DNA of 64,000 bases, taken from assembly GCA_946402315.1 (NCBI GenBank), contig CAMIWC010000001.1, positions 28,508 through 92,507 on the forward strand. Direction: 5' to 3'. Position numbers and translations under genes: made by a program. The notes beneath the pieces were generated by a model. It saw only the letters and a list, made by a program, of their open reading frames with translations, did not search any database and was not told the origin of the DNA. This DNA is from an uncultured Clostridium sp. Its GTDB lineage: Bacteria > Bacillota_I > Bacilli_A > RF39 > UBA660. Shown here piece after piece: positions 8,601 to 19,900 of the stretch (the first letter of the stretch is position 1; every line of letters begins with the position of its first letter).

Positions 8601-9038
8601 TTAGCCTCTTTTAAGTCTTTTATCTATTTGTCTTTTAATATCTCTTTCTTTTATAGTTTCTCTTTTATCAAAGTTCTTTTTACCTTTGCATAATCCTAAA
8701 GCTACTTTGGCTTTATTCTTTTTAAAATAAATCTTTAATGGTATAAGAGTAAATCCATCTAATTTAATCTTATTATTAAGTTTCTTTATTTCATCTTTAT
8801 GCATTAATAATTTTCTAGTACGAGTTTCATCGTGATTAAAGATATTACCTTTATCATAATGCCCTATAAACATATTTAGAATAAATAGTTCTCCATTTCT
8901 TACAATAGCATATGAATCGCCTATATTACATTTACCATCTCTAATAGATTTGATTTCTGTACCAGTAAGTACTAGTCCACATTCAAACTCATCTTCTATA
9001 AAATAATCATGTCTTGCTTTTCTATTTAATATTTCCAT
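8601..9038 (-). CDS. smpB: SsrA-binding protein SmpB
   Basis: ARHDYFIEDEFECGLVLTGTEIKSIR...FTLIPLKIYF...LGLCKGKK match SmpB family motifs. Adjacent to ssrA. Confidence 0.9.
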   Translation of the reverse strand: MEILNRKARHDYFIEDEFECGLVLTGTEIKSIRDGKCNIGDSYAIVRNGELFILNMFIGHYDKGNIFNHDETRTRKLLMHKDEIKKLNNKIKLDGFTLIPLKIYFKKNKAKVALGLCKGKKNFDKRETIKERDIKRQIDKRLKRG

Positions 9039-9042
9039 ATAC

Positions 9043-10248
9043 TTACTCCAGACTTTCTACTTTAATTCTACTATCTAAACTAGTCATCCTTTTCTTTAAT
9101 TTTTCGTATTGAGTCTTATATCCAGAGAATAAATTATTATTTAATTTATTATATGGATAAATCTTATAATTGGTTTTAGCAGCAGTCTTATATGCATAAG
9201 TAAAACTTGCAGTAGGATCTACTACTTTTACTTCAGATTTACCAGTTTTAGTATTAGTTGTTTTTATTATAGTAGCACTCATCATAAGTCCCGTAGCTTT
9301 TTCAGCAGCAGTAGCACCAGTATTATTACTTTGGCTAGCTATAAAGTTACCAAGAGAATATATTACTAATGTATCATCTATATATTCAGCTGGTTGTACT
9401 ACATGAGGATGTGCACCTATAATTATATCTACACCTAAAGAAGCTAAATACTTAGCAATAGTCTTTTGTTCTTGTGAGACTCCACTAGTTTGATATTCTA
9501 CTCCCCAGTGCATAGCAACTAATATAACATCTACTTTATCTTTAATCAAGTCTATGTCTTTTTTAGCTTTTTCATTTGAATAAATATTAGATAAGTACTC
9601 TTTACCTTTTGCTGGAACTAATCCATTGGTAACAGTAGTATAAGATAGAAATGCATACTTAATACCATTTTTTTCTTCTACTCTTATATTATTAGTTCTT
9701 TCTTCTTCAGATAAAGCTTGTCCAGTCCAATAAACGTCTTTTGTACGCCAATATTCTACTGAAGATTTAACTCCTTTTTCATACTTATCCATAGTATGAT
9801 TATTAGCAAGACTTACTAAATTAAATCCCGCATCAATAAAGGCATCTCCTACTTCTTGCGGTGAATTAAATTGTGGATATCCACTTAATTTAAAATTTTT
9901 TGTACCAGCTAAGATTGATTCTTGATTATAATAAGCTAAATCATACTTACTTATAATTGGTTTAATTAAAGATAACATTGGTTTAAAATCATATCCATTA
10001 CCAGTCTTAGCATCCTCGTAAATTGGTGGATGTATTAAACAATCTCCTACCATTACGATAGTTAGTTTCTCTTCTTTAATTGGATATACTTCTACATCTG
10101 CTTTTAATTTATCAGTCTTATCAACAATAGGTACTGGTTTCTTATAAAAAGCAAATGAACCAAAGATAATACTAACTACAAAAACTAGTATATATAGAAA
10201 AGACCATACTTTTCTTTTTAATTTAACTCTCTTCTTTCTCCTTTTCAT
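9043..10248 (-). CDS. CapA/PgsA (PGA_cap) family metallophosphatase-like surface polymer biosynthesis protein
   Basis: An N-terminal TM, MVGDCLIHPPIYEDA and IIGAHPHVVQP are characteristic of the CapA family. It occupies the slot between rnr and smpB. Confidence 0.65.
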   Translation of the reverse strand: MKRRKKRVKLKRKVWSFLYILVFVVSIIFGSFAFYKKPVPIVDKTDKLKADVEVYPIKEEKLTIVMVGDCLIHPPIYEDAKTGNGYDFKPMLSLIKPIISKYDLAYYNQESILAGTKNFKLSGYPQFNSPQEVGDAFIDAGFNLVSLANNHTMDKYEKGVKSSVEYWRTKDVYWTGQALSEEERTNNIRVEEKNGIKYAFLSYTTVTNGLVPAKGKEYLSNIYSNEKAKKDIDLIKDKVDVILVAMHWGVEYQTSGVSQEQKTIAKYLASLGVDIIIGAHPHVVQPAEYIDDTLVIYSLGNFIASQSNNTGATAAEKATGLMMSATIIKTTNTKTGKSEVKVVDPTASFTYAYKTAAKTNYKIYPYNKLNNNLFSGYKTQYEKLKKRMTSLDSRIKVESLE

Positions 10249-12355
10249 GTTTATCCCCCTCTACTAATATAAAATCAATAGACCTTTCTTCTTTAGAAGC
10301 TCTTACTACTTTAACACGTACTTTATCTCCTAAAGAATATCTTTTATGTGTTCTTTCTCCTATTAGAGTTTGACTTACTTCATCAAAATTATAATAATCA
10401 TTCATTTCAGTAACTCTAACCATTCCCTCTATTAGATTAGGAAGTCCTACAAACATACCAAAGTTAGCTACACCAGTAATCATACCAACAAACTCATCTC
10501 CAATATGATCTTCCATATATTCAGCCATTTTCATATCATCTACATCACGTTCACAATCTACTGCTTCTCTCTCCATTTCAGATGAATGATCAGCTATTTC
10601 AGGAAGTTTCATTTCCCATTTCTTAATAGTATCAGTACTAATTTCACCTTTGAATAGATAAGTTCTTAATAATCTATGAACTGTTGTATCAGGATAACGT
10701 CTAATTGGACTAGTAAAGTGTGTATAACATTTACTAGCTAATCCATAGTGTCCTAAATTATCAGGAAGGTATATAGCTTTTTGCATACTTCTAAGTAATT
10801 GATTTGCTAAAACAGGATATCTTGGATCATCTTCAAAACTGTGAAGTAATCTTTGTATAGTTTTAGGTCTAACATCATTTACTTTTCCATTAACACTGAT
10901 TCCCATAGCAGATAAATATGATAAGAATCCACTAATCTTTTCTTCTTTAGGTTCTTCATGCACACGATAAATAAATGGTAGTTGCATATAGAAGATATGT
11001 GTCGCTACACATTCATTAGCGCATATCATAAAGTCTTCTATCATATTTTCTCCTCTACCTCTATTACGTAGAGTAATTTCATATGGATGACAATTCTCAT
11101 CAACTAATATTTTAGCTTCATCTACATCAAAATTAATATATCCTCTATCATCTTTATTCTTACGAATAATTTTAGATAGTTCATTCATTTGTTTTAACTT
11201 ATCTGCAAATTCTTCATATCCAACAGGCACAATATCCTCTTCAATAACTTTATTAACATTCTTATAAGTCATTTGAATACGAGACTTGATATAACTTTCA
11301 AATATCTCATAATCAACAGTATTTCCTTTTTCATCAATTTCCATTACACAAGAAATTGCTAATCTAATAACATTAGGATTTAATGAACATATTCCATTAG
11401 ATAACTTATGTGGATACATTGGTATAACTCTATCTACTAGATATACACTAGTACCTCTTACTTGTGCTTCTTTATCAAGAGCACTACCTTCTTTAACATA
11501 ATGCGTTACATCAGCAATATGTACTCCTAAACGATAATGTCCATTTTCTAGTACATCTAATGATATCGCATCATCTATATCTTTAGTATCATCACCATCT
11601 ATAGTAAATATCATTTCATTAGTTAAATCTTTTCTACCTACTAAGTCTTTTTCATCTACTTCTTCTGGAATATTAGGAAGTTCTGCTAAGGTTTCTTCAT
11701 CAAATGTATCTTTAATATTATGATCATAGATAATAGATAATATATCTACTCCCGGATCATTTTTATGCCCTATAATCTTATCTAACTTACATAAGTATTT
11801 ATTTTTATTTACTTGTTTCTTTAAAGTAACTAATACTTTATGTCCATCTACTAAACCAAGATTATCTTTTTTATTTCTATCTATTACTAGTTCTAATTTG
11901 ATTCTTTTATCATCAGGAATAACATAAATATCTTTTTTCTTAAATTGAACTTCTCCAACAATGGTATTTAGTTCTCTTTTAAGTACTCTTACTACTCTTC
12001 CTTCTAATTTACCATCATCTTTTCTTTTTAATATTTCTACTACTACTAAATCATTGTGAAGTGCATTATTAATATTATCAATAGATATAAATATATCATC
12101 ATATCCATCTACTTCTACAAATCCAAATCCCTTTTTATTAATAGAAATAGTACCTTTTTTTAATGGACCATTTTCAAATATCATATATCTGTTTTTATTA
12201 GATCTATAAATATCTCCAGATTCTTCTAATTCATTTAAAGATTCCATTAATAATTTAGTATCATCTACATTACCAATACCTAACTTAACATCTAGTTCTT
12301 CTAAAGTTAATGCTTTATTAGTATTTTTTAGTACCTCTAGTATTCTCTCTTTCAT
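10223..12355 (-). CDS. rnr: Ribonuclease R
   Basis: 710 aa. It has an N-terminal HTH/cold-shock-like region, an RNB catalytic core and a C-terminal S1-like region. Its position secG-rnr-smpB matches the Bacillus-type order. Confidence 0.9.
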   Translation of the reverse strand: MKERILEVLKNTNKALTLEELDVKLGIGNVDDTKLLMESLNELEESGDIYRSNKNRYMIFENGPLKKGTISINKKGFGFVEVDGYDDIFISIDNINNALHNDLVVVEILKRKDDGKLEGRVVRVLKRELNTIVGEVQFKKKDIYVIPDDKRIKLELVIDRNKKDNLGLVDGHKVLVTLKKQVNKNKYLCKLDKIIGHKNDPGVDILSIIYDHNIKDTFDEETLAELPNIPEEVDEKDLVGRKDLTNEMIFTIDGDDTKDIDDAISLDVLENGHYRLGVHIADVTHYVKEGSALDKEAQVRGTSVYLVDRVIPMYPHKLSNGICSLNPNVIRLAISCVMEIDEKGNTVDYEIFESYIKSRIQMTYKNVNKVIEEDIVPVGYEEFADKLKQMNELSKIIRKNKDDRGYINFDVDEAKILVDENCHPYEITLRNRGRGENMIEDFMICANECVATHIFYMQLPFIYRVHEEPKEEKISGFLSYLSAMGISVNGKVNDVRPKTIQRLLHSFEDDPRYPVLANQLLRSMQKAIYLPDNLGHYGLASKCYTHFTSPIRRYPDTTVHRLLRTYLFKGEISTDTIKKWEMKLPEIADHSSEMEREAVDCERDVDDMKMAEYMEDHIGDEFVGMITGVANFGMFVGLPNLIEGMVRVTEMNDYYNFDEVSQTLIGERTHKRYSLGDKVRVKVVRASKEERSIDFILVEGDKHEKEKEES

Positions 12356-12412
12356 TAGCGCACCTCTTCTATGTTAATTATATTATATTTATTGATAAAT
12401 TACTAATTTTTT

Positions 12413-12438
12413 ACAAAAAAAAAGACTTATTAAAGTCT
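12413..12438 (-). terminator. Intrinsic terminator after secG
   Basis: The minus-strand hairpin AGACUUUAAUAAGUCU is followed by a U9 run. Confidence 0.5.
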
Positions 12439-12652
12439 ACATAAATTCCATTACTAAACTAATAACGAAAAATAATAGTCCTAGAACTAATGTTAATCTA
12501 CTAATAAATAGTTCTGAACCTCTTTCTTTTCTTTGACTAAATAAATCAGAATCTCCTCCAGAAATAATTTGAGAAGCATCTTCTGCTTTACTACTTTGTA
12601 ATAATACTATAGCTATTAGGGTAATTGATAAAATAATTAAAAATACTTGCAT
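12437..12652 (-). CDS. secG: Preprotein translocase subunit SecG
   Basis: The likely start is ATG at 12652 (MQVFLIILSITLIAIVLLQSSK...) with RBS GGAGGG. It is a small two-TM protein with a G-rich loop and sits upstream of rnr. Confidence 0.75.
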   Translation of the reverse strand: MQVFLIILSITLIAIVLLQSSKAEDASQIISGGDSDLFSQRKERGSELFISRLTLVLGLLFFVISLVMEFM

Positions 12653-12764
12653 ATTATTCCCTCCTCTGCTCATCTAATTTACCATATTTTAAGAAAAAAA
12701 TCAAATATTACATAGTTATTTTTAATTATATCTATGATATAATGATGTTATTGGAGGGGAAGGC

Positions 12765-14000
12765 ATGAAAGTAGTTAAATTATCTCCTGAATCTTTTGAT
12801 AAATTTATCATTAGTATTAATTACTGTAGTTATTTTCAATCTGCTGGATATGGTCGTTTATTAAGCAAATTTGGTCTTAAAGATGAGTATATTGGCTTTG
12901 AAGAAAATGGTTCTTTAGTTGGTGCAATGTTATACTTCAGTAAACCTATTTTTATGGGATTTAAATATGCTTATTCTCCTAGAGGACTAATTATTAATTA
13001 TAATGATACACAATTAGTATCAAACGCTTTAAAAACATTAAAAACATTCTTAAATAAAGAACATTTCTTATTATTTAAAATGGATCCATTAATTATATGT
13101 AGTAAAAGAGATAGAAAAGGTAGAATACTTGCTCAAAATAATAATATAAATCAAGTACTAACTACTTTAAAAAATGCTGGTTTTACTCATTGTGGATTTA
13201 ATTCTTATTTTGAATCAGTAAAACCTAGATGGGAAGCAGAACTAGATTTAAGAAAAAGTACCGAAGAACTATTTAAAGGTTTAACTAAACAAACACGTAA
13301 TAAACTTAGAAAAGCTACTAAGTATGGATTAAGTGTCTATAAAGATAATAAATATGACTTTGCTAGTATATTCCCATATATTCAAGATAAAGATACAGTT
13401 AATTTAAGGTATTATGAAGAATTTCATAACTTATTTGGAGATAATATAGAAATATATTATGCAAAAATTAATACTAAGACATATGTAGAAAATACTAAGT
13501 ACTTATATGAAAAAGAATTAGAATTAAATGATTATCTTACTAATATAATTCAAAATAATGGATATAAAGGTAAGAATATGAGTGGTGTTCTTAATAAAAA
13601 AATGGAATCAGATAAACTACTTAGTTCATATAAACGTTATATGGTAGAAGCAACACAACTATTAAGAGATAAACCAGAAGGTATAGTTGTAGGTTGTAGC
13701 GTTGTCTTAAAATTTAAAAATAAATTGTTCCTTTTAGCTGAAGGTTATGATAAAAAATATAGTAATCTATGTACTAACTACTTAATAAAATGGAAAATCA
13801 TAGAGAAATATGCTGGTAGTAATATAGAATCATTTAATCTAGGTGCTATAGCTGGTGTATTTGATCCTAAACAAAATCAATATCGTGGATTAAATGAAAT
13901 GAAATTTGGATATAACTCTATAGGAAATGAATATATAGGTGAATTTAACCTAGTAGTAAATAATGGAGTTTATTCATTATATAAGAATTTTAAGAAGTAG
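12765..14000 (+). CDS. FemAB-family peptidoglycan interpeptide-bridge aminoacyltransferase
   Basis: It aligns by eye with S. aureus FemA as I recall it, not checked against a database. GFKYAYSPRGLIINY matches FemA VFKYFYSNRGPVIDY. LLFKMDPLI matches LYLHIDPYL. The central coiled-coil insert and the ~410 aa length also fit. Confidence 0.7.
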   Translation: MKVVKLSPESFDKFIISINYCSYFQSAGYGRLLSKFGLKDEYIGFEENGSLVGAMLYFSKPIFMGFKYAYSPRGLIINYNDTQLVSNALKTLKTFLNKEHFLLFKMDPLIICSKRDRKGRILAQNNNINQVLTTLKNAGFTHCGFNSYFESVKPRWEAELDLRKSTEELFKGLTKQTRNKLRKATKYGLSVYKDNKYDFASIFPYIQDKDTVNLRYYEEFHNLFGDNIEIYYAKINTKTYVENTKYLYEKELELNDYLTNIIQNNGYKGKNMSGVLNKKMESDKLLSSYKRYMVEATQLLRDKPEGIVVGCSVVLKFKNKLFLLAEGYDKKYSNLCTNYLIKWKIIEKYAGSNIESFNLGAIAGVFDPKQNQYRGLNEMKFGYNSIGNEYIGEFNLVVNNGVYSLYKNFKK

Positions 14001-14008
14001 GTGAAAAC

Positions 14009-14743
14009 ATGGATGCAAGCGTAGGAATAGGAATATTTATGATGTTTGTTGGATTCTTCCAAGTATTTATATATTTCTTTATATTTTATTTCATAATAAA
14101 AGTATTTACTCATTCAGTAAGAAGAGAGAATAATCATTCATTCTTTAAAAATAACGTTGTTTATAAATATGATTATGAAGAAAGAAAAAGAAGAAATATC
14201 TATGAAGATGTAGGACCGGAACAATTACAAAAGTTTAATACTGATAATCTTCATGGATTTAAGAATAAGTTCTATCAAATATTTGAAGATTTTGAATATG
14301 CTTATAACGATCTAGATTATGATAAGATGAAAAGATTATCTACTCCTCAAATGTATAATAATTATTCAACTGGTATTAAACTAGATTTAGAAGTAGGTAA
14401 AAAGAAGATTATTAAAGATATTAAAAGAAATAAGATTATTGTATATGAACTAGATAGTACAATAGCTAAACAATCAGCTTCAGTATTTATCGAAATAAGT
14501 TATATATCTTATACTATTAATAAACAAGGATTTGTTATAAGTGGTAATAGATATCAACCTATTACCGAAAAATTTGAAATAATATTTAGAAAAGATTTTG
14601 GTAAAGAAGAAATCATTAAATGTCCAAACTGTGGTGCTACTGTAACTGGTGACAAATGTGAGTATTGTCGTTCAGCAATACCACCAATAGATTGGAGAAT
14701 TCATAATATAAGAAGAATCTTAGATGGTAAAAAAGATGAATAA
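14009..14743 (+). CDS. Membrane protein with an N-terminal TM, a Tim44-like/NTF2-like middle domain and a C-terminal zinc ribbon
   Basis: N-terminal hydrophobic helix. The C-terminal CPNCGATVTGDKCEYCRS is a four-Cys zinc ribbon. The middle region (..EKFEIIFRKD) resembles bacterial Tim44-like domain proteins. The gene is translationally coupled to the FemAB gene. Confidence 0.4.
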   Translation: MDASVGIGIFMMFVGFFQVFIYFFIFYFIIKVFTHSVRRENNHSFFKNNVVYKYDYEERKRRNIYEDVGPEQLQKFNTDNLHGFKNKFYQIFEDFEYAYNDLDYDKMKRLSTPQMYNNYSTGIKLDLEVGKKKIIKDIKRNKIIVYELDSTIAKQSASVFIEISYISYTINKQGFVISGNRYQPITEKFEIIFRKDFGKEEIIKCPNCGATVTGDKCEYCRSAIPPIDWRIHNIRRILDGKKDE

Positions 14744-14762
14744 TAATTCATCTTTTTTTATA

Positions 14763-14794
14763 CAAAAAAAAGCTTCTTTCGAAGCTTATTTTTA
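14763..14794. terminator. Bidirectional intrinsic terminator between the 14009-14743 gene and tuf
   Basis: A7 run, hairpin aagcttc-tttc-gaagctt, T5 run. Confidence 0.65.
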
Positions 14795-14796
14795 AA

Positions 14797-15981
14797 TTAT
14801 TCAACAATTGATGTAACGTTACCAGCACCAACAGTTCTTCCACCTTCACGGATAGAGAATTTAGTACCATTTTCGATAGCAATTGGGTGAATTAATTCAA
14901 CAGTAATTTCTACATTGTCTCCAGGCATAACCATATCTACACCACTTGGTAATTCGATTACACCAGTAACATCTGTAGTTCTGAAATAGAATTGTGGTCT
15001 ATAGTTAGCAAAGAATGGAGTATGTCTTCCACCTTCATCTTTAGTAAGAACATATACTTGTGCAGTAAATTTCTTATGAGGTGTAACGCTTCCTGGTTTA
15101 GCTAAAACTTGTCCTCTTTCTACTTCTTCACGAGCAATACCACGAAGTAAGATTCCAGCATTGTCTCCTGCTTGAGCAGCGTCTAATTGTTTTCTGAACA
15201 TTTCGATTCCAGTTACAACTGTTGATTTAGTAGGTTTAATACCAACGATTTCAACTGTTTCATTTAATGTAATTTGTCCTCTTTCTACACGTCCAGTAAC
15301 AACAGTTCCACGTCCAGTGATTGTGAATACGTCTTCAATACTCATTAAGAATGGTTTGTCAGTATCACGTTCTGGAGTTGGGATCCATGTATCAACAGCA
15401 TCCATTAAGTCATCAATAGCTTTAACTGCTTCAGGATCTCCTTCAAGAGCTTTAAGAGCAGATCCTCTGATGATTGGAGTGTTGTCTCCATCGTAATCAT
15501 ATTCGTTTAATAATTCACGAACTTCCATTTCAACTAAATCTAAAAGTTCAGGATCATCAACTTGGTCACATTTATTTAAGAATACAACCATCTTAGGTAC
15601 ACCAACTTGACGAGATAATAGAATATGTTCACGAGTTTGTTGCATTGGTCCATCTGTAGCAGCAATAACTAAGATTGCTCCATCCATTTGAGCAGCTCCT
15701 GTGATCATGTTCTTAACGTAGTCAGCATGTCCTGGACAGTCTACGTGAGCATAGTGACGAGTTGCAGTTTGATATTCTACATGGGCAGTATTGATTGTAA
15801 TTCCACGTTCTCTTTCTTCTGGTGCTTTGTCGATGTTAGCATAATCAACGAATTCTCCACCAAATTTTTCAGCTTGTCTCTTTGTAATAGCAGCAGTTAA
15901 TGTTGTTTTACCATGGTCAACGTGTCCAATAGTACCAATATTAACATGTGGTTTGCTTCTGTCAAATTTTTCTTTTGCCAT
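14797..15981 (-). CDS. tuf: Elongation factor Tu
   Basis: [23 protein letters not shown] and NKCD GTPase motifs. 394 aa. Confidence 0.97.
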   Translation of the reverse strand: MAKEKFDRSKPHVNIGTIGHVDHGKTTLTAAITKRQAEKFGGEFVDYANIDKAPEERERGITINTAHVEYQTATRHYAHVDCPGHADYVKNMITGAAQMDGAILVIAATDGPMQQTREHILLSRQVGVPKMVVFLNKCDQVDDPELLDLVEMEVRELLNEYDYDGDNTPIIRGSALKALEGDPEAVKAIDDLMDAVDTWIPTPERDTDKPFLMSIEDVFTITGRGTVVTGRVERGQITLNETVEIVGIKPTKSTVVTGIEMFRKQLDAAQAGDNAGILLRGIAREEVERGQVLAKPGSVTPHKKFTAQVYVLTKDEGGRHTPFFANYRPQFYFRTTDVTGVIELPSGVDMVMPGDNVEITVELIHPIAIENGTKFSIREGGRTVGAGNVTSIVE

Positions 15982-16082
15982 TTTTATTTCCTCCTTTTTT
16001 TATTACTACTTTATTTTAACTAATAATTGAATATTTATCAACTATTTTTATTTATAATATCAAGACTTATCTTGTTATTATT

Positions 16083-18155
16083 TTAGTTACCACTTTTCTT
16101 AATTATTGTCTCAGCAATATTTCTTGGAACTTCTTCATAGTGGTCAAATGTCATAACGAAGTTACCTCTTCCTTGTGAATTACTTCTTAAGCTTGTAGCA
16201 TAACCAAACATTTCAGCTAAAGGTACCATTGCAGATAATCTAACAGCGTTTCCAACTGATTCTTGTCCTAATGGTTTACCTCTACGGCTTGTTAAGTCTC
16301 CCATAACGTTACCAAAATACTCATCTGGTACTGTTACATCAACTTTCATTATTGGTTCAAGTAATACAGGATCACATTTATTTTTAGCTTCTTTTAAAGC
16401 CATACTAGCAGCAATTTTGAAAGCCATTTCACTAGAGTCTACTTCATGGTATGATCCATCAAATAGAGTAGCTTTAACGTCAATCATAGGGTATCCTGCT
16501 AAAATACCACTATCTAATGCTTCTTGTAGTCCTTTATCAGTTACAGGAATATATTCACGAGGAACAACTCCACCTACGATAGCATCAACGAATTCATATC
16601 CTTTATCAGGATTTGGTTCAAATTTAATCCATACATGTCCATATTGTCCACGTCCACCAGATTGTTTAATATACTTACCTTCACAATCAGCAGCTTTCTT
16701 GATAGTTTCACGATAAGCAACTTGTGGTTGTCCAATATTAGCTTCAACACTAAATTCTCTCTTCATTCTGTCTACTAATACATCTAGGTGTAATTCACCC
16801 ATACCAGCGATAACAGTTTGTCCAGTTTCATGATTAGTTGAAACTTTAAATGTAGGATCCTCTTCAGCTAATTTTTGAAGAGCTAATGCCATTTTATCTT
16901 GATCAGCTTTTGATTTTGGTTCAACAGCTAATTGGATAACTGGTTCTGGGAACTCCATAGATTCAAGAATTATTTGTTTCTTTTCATCACATAAAGTATC
17001 TCCAGTAGTAGTGTTTTTAAGTCCTACTGCAGCAGCTATATCTCCAGTATATACATCAGAAATTTCTGTACGAGAGTTAGCATGCATAAGTAAGATACGT
17101 CCAATTCTTTCTTTAGTATCTTTACTAGAGTTCATTACATAAGAACCACTACTTAAGTGTCCTGAATAAACTCTGAAGAATGTTAAACGTCCAACAAACG
17201 GATCTGTCATAACTTTAAATGCTAATGCACTAAATGGTTCATCGTCACTAGGATGTCTAGCAATTTCATTTCCAGTTCTTGGTTCAACACCTTTGATTGA
17301 TTCAACATCAAGTGGTGATGGTAAATAATCGATAACTGCATCTAGTAATGGTTTAACTCCCATGTTTCCTAAAGCAGTACCACACATTACTGGGAAGAAC
17401 TCAACAGCTAAAGTACCTTTTCTAATAGCCTTTTTAATTAAGTCTACTGGTAAATCTTCACCTTCAAGGTATTTTTCCATTAATTCTTCATCGTATACAG
17501 CAACTGTTTCAATTAAATCTGCTCTTTTTTCTTCAGCAATTGCTTTTAAGTCAGCTGGAATTTCTATTTCTTTAGCTTCCTCTTCTTCTTTACCATCAAA
17601 TTGATATGCTTTCATTGTAACTAAGTCAATTACACCATTGAATTGATCTTCAGCTCCAATAGGCCATTCAATTGGTTTAGCATTAACACCTAATCTTGAA
17701 GAAATTGTTCCTAGTGTATATTCAAAGTTAGCCCCCATCTTATCCATCTTATTAGCAAATATTAATCTTGGAACTTTGAATTCAGTAGCTTGACGCCATA
17801 CTGTTTCAGTTTGTGGTTCAACACCAGCTTGAGCATCTAGTAATGCAATAGCACCATCTAGAACTCTTAAACTACGGCTAACTTCTACAGTAAAGTCTAC
17901 GTGTCCTGGAGTATCGATAATGTTTAATCTATATCCTTTCCAGTAAGCAGTAGTTGCTGCAGAAGTAATAGTTATACCACGCTCTTTTTCTTGTTCCATC
18001 CAGTCCATTTGAGATTCACCTTCATGAGTTTCACCAATCTTATGAATCTTATGTGTATGGAAAAGAACACGTTCAGTACAAGTAGTTTTACCTGCATCGA
18101 TATGAGCCATTATACCAAAGTTTCTTGTTTGTAATAATGATGTTTCACGTGCCAT
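16083..18155 (-). CDS. fusA: Elongation factor G
   Basis: AHIDAGKTT and DTPGHVDF motifs. 690 aa. Position is rpsG-fusA-tuf. Confidence 0.97.
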   Translation of the reverse strand: MARETSLLQTRNFGIMAHIDAGKTTCTERVLFHTHKIHKIGETHEGESQMDWMEQEKERGITITSAATTAYWKGYRLNIIDTPGHVDFTVEVSRSLRVLDGAIALLDAQAGVEPQTETVWRQATEFKVPRLIFANKMDKMGANFEYTLGTISSRLGVNAKPIEWPIGAEDQFNGVIDLVTMKAYQFDGKEEEEAKEIEIPADLKAIAEEKRADLIETVAVYDEELMEKYLEGEDLPVDLIKKAIRKGTLAVEFFPVMCGTALGNMGVKPLLDAVIDYLPSPLDVESIKGVEPRTGNEIARHPSDDEPFSALAFKVMTDPFVGRLTFFRVYSGHLSSGSYVMNSSKDTKERIGRILLMHANSRTEISDVYTGDIAAAVGLKNTTTGDTLCDEKKQIILESMEFPEPVIQLAVEPKSKADQDKMALALQKLAEEDPTFKVSTNHETGQTVIAGMGELHLDVLVDRMKREFSVEANIGQPQVAYRETIKKAADCEGKYIKQSGGRGQYGHVWIKFEPNPDKGYEFVDAIVGGVVPREYIPVTDKGLQEALDSGILAGYPMIDVKATLFDGSYHEVDSSEMAFKIAASMALKEAKNKCDPVLLEPIMKVDVTVPDEYFGNVMGDLTSRRGKPLGQESVGNAVRLSAMVPLAEMFGYATSLRSNSQGRGNFVMTFDHYEEVPRNIAETIIKKSGN

Positions 18156-18170
18156 ACTATTTTCTCCTTT

Positions 18171-18638
18171 CTACCAACGATAATGTGCAAATGCTTTATT
18201 AGCTTCTGCCATTCTATGTGTATCTTCACGTTTTTTAACTGCTCCACCCATTCCGTTTGAAGCATCAATTAATTCATTAGCTAGATTGTCGGCCATACCA
18301 CGACCTCCTCTATCTCTAGCAAATTTAACTAACCAACGAAGTGCTAAAGCTTGTCCTCTTGCAGGAGTAACTTCGATTGGTACTTGGTAATTGGAACCAC
18401 CAACTCTACGAGATTTAACTTCTAATTGTGGAGTAATATTTTCCATTGCTTGGTTAAATACTTCCATTGGATCTTTTCCAGTTTTCTCTTTTACTGTATC
18501 AAATGCTTGATAAAGAATAGTTTGAGCAATTCCTTTTTTACCATCTAACATAATAGTATTTATTAATTTAGTAATTACTTTTGAATTATATATAGGATCT
18601 GGTAATACATCTCTTTTTACCGCACGTCTTTTACGCAT
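18171..18638 (-). CDS. rpsG: 30S ribosomal protein S7
   Basis: 155 aa. The conserved ending [20 protein letters not shown] is present. Confidence 0.95.
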   Translation of the reverse strand: MRKRRAVKRDVLPDPIYNSKVITKLINTIMLDGKKGIAQTILYQAFDTVKEKTGKDPMEVFNQAMENITPQLEVKSRRVGGSNYQVPIEVTPARGQALALRWLVKFARDRGGRGMADNLANELIDASNGMGGAVKKREDTHRMAEANKAFAHYRW

Positions 18639-18671
18639 ATATATCCTCCTTTCTTATGTCTAATTTATATT

Positions 18672-19085
18672 TTATTTTTTAGGTTTTTTAGCACCATATT
18701 TACTACGAGCTTTTTTTCTATCTTTAACACCAGCAGTATCTAAAGTACCTCTTATAATATGATAACGAACTCCGATTAAGTCCTTAACACGTCCTCCACG
18801 AATTAATACAACGCTGTGCTCTTGTAAATTGTGACCAATTCCTGGAATATAACATGTTACTTCAGTACCATTACTTAAACGTACACGAGCATATTTACGA
18901 AGTGCTGAGTTTGGTTTCTTAGGTGTCATTGTTCCAACACGAGTACATACTCCACGCTTTTGTGGTGAAATTTGTGTAGTTCTTTTCTTTTGAATACTAT
19001 TTAATCCATATCTTAAAACAGGTGATTTAGGTTTTCTTACTTTAGAACCTCTACCTTTTTTAACTAATTGATTCATTGTAGTCAT
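18672..19085 (-). CDS. rpsL: 30S ribosomal protein S12
   Basis: [10 protein letters not shown]...[10 protein letters not shown]. The likely start is ATG at 19085 with GGAGA 10 nt upstream. The ORF track starts at an upstream TTG. Confidence 0.95.
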   Translation of the reverse strand: MTTMNQLVKKGRGSKVRKPKSPVLRYGLNSIQKKRTTQISPQKRGVCTRVGTMTPKKPNSALRKYARVRLSNGTEVTCYIPGIGHNLQEHSVVLIRGGRVKDLIGVRYHIIRGTLDTAGVKDRKKARSKYGAKKPKK

Positions 19086-19260
19086 ATAAAACAATTCTCC
19101 TTTCCTTACACATCTCCGGGTGTGTCATTTTTAATATTAAATATAAATTTTGCCGCAGCAAAACCTAATTCAACAAACATAGATAATATATCAAAATGGT
19201 TATTTAAAGTCAATACAAATATATCAAAATATGTTATAATCTTTACAGAGAGGTGAAATA

Positions 19261-19656
19261 ATGAAAAGTTTTATGAAAGAATTCAGAGACTTCGTAATGC
19301 GTGGTAACGTTATGGATATGGCTATCGGTGTAATTATTGGTGCTGCATTCGGTAATATTGTTACTGCATTAACTGAAAATATTATTAATCCAATGATTAA
19401 TGGTATTGGTGGTACAGAAGTTGGTGGAATGGTTAAGATCTATGGTGGTCAATACATCAATTACGGTGCATTTATAACTGCTGTTATTAACTTCATCATT
19501 ATGGCATTTGTTCTATTCTTATTACTTAAAGGATTTAACAAAATGTTATCTGCTGGTAAAAAGAAAAAGGATGAAGGTCCAGCTCCAAAAACAGATGAAG
19601 CTATCTTATTAGAAGAAATAAGAGATCTATTAAAAAAAGAAGCTAAGAAAAAATAA
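19261..19656 (+). CDS. mscL: Large-conductance mechanosensitive channel
   Basis: MKEFRDFVMRGNVMDMAIGVIIGAAFGNIVTALTENIINP is the MscL signature. 131 aa. A TGtTATAAT extended -10 promoter lies near 19228-19240. Confidence 0.9.
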   Translation: MKSFMKEFRDFVMRGNVMDMAIGVIIGAAFGNIVTALTENIINPMINGIGGTEVGGMVKIYGGQYINYGAFITAVINFIIMAFVLFLLLKGFNKMLSAGKKKKDEGPAPKTDEAILLEEIRDLLKKEAKKK

Positions 19657-19684
19657 AAAAAACTAGCAATAGCTAGTTTTTTTA
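19657..19684. terminator. Bidirectional terminator after mscL
   Basis: aactagc-aata-gctagtt hairpin flanked by an A-run and a T-run. Confidence 0.55.
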
Positions 19685-19837
19685 TTATCTTGTTTGTTCT
19701 ATTCCCTCAATAATTTTTCTAGATTCATCACCAGAAATAATATTACCAACTATTACTAATATAATTAAAGTTATAAAAAACATAAGTAAGAATAGTAGAA
19801 ATGTACTAAGTCCCCATCCTTTATTATTTAATTTCAT
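19685..19837 (-). CDS. Small hydrophobic protein (50 aa), putative
   Basis: The minus-strand ORF reads MKLNNKGWGLSTFLLFLLMFFITLIILVIVGNIISGDESRKIIEGIEQTR* with a single TM helix. It was not in the ORF track. Confidence 0.3.
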   Translation of the reverse strand: MKLNNKGWGLSTFLLFLLMFFITLIILVIVGNIISGDESRKIIEGIEQTR

Positions 19838-19867
19838 AACACTCACCTGTTTCAATTATATAATATA

Positions 19868-19900
19868 AATAAAAAAAGATAAAGTTTAACTTTATCTTTT
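19868..19900 (-). terminator. Intrinsic terminator after rpoC
   Basis: The minus-strand hairpin AGAUAAAG/CUUUAUCU is followed by a U-run. Confidence 0.5.

Noticed and set aside
12437-12673. Longer 78-aa version of secG starting MSRGGNNMQVF
   Set aside because: The internal ATG at 12652 is preceded by a GGAGGG RBS and gives the canonical SecG N-terminus. The upstream extension has no RBS.
16417-17604. Plus-strand ORFs of 80-99 aa inside fusA
   Set aside because: Antisense shadow ORFs within a highly conserved gene. Ser/Pro-rich composition.
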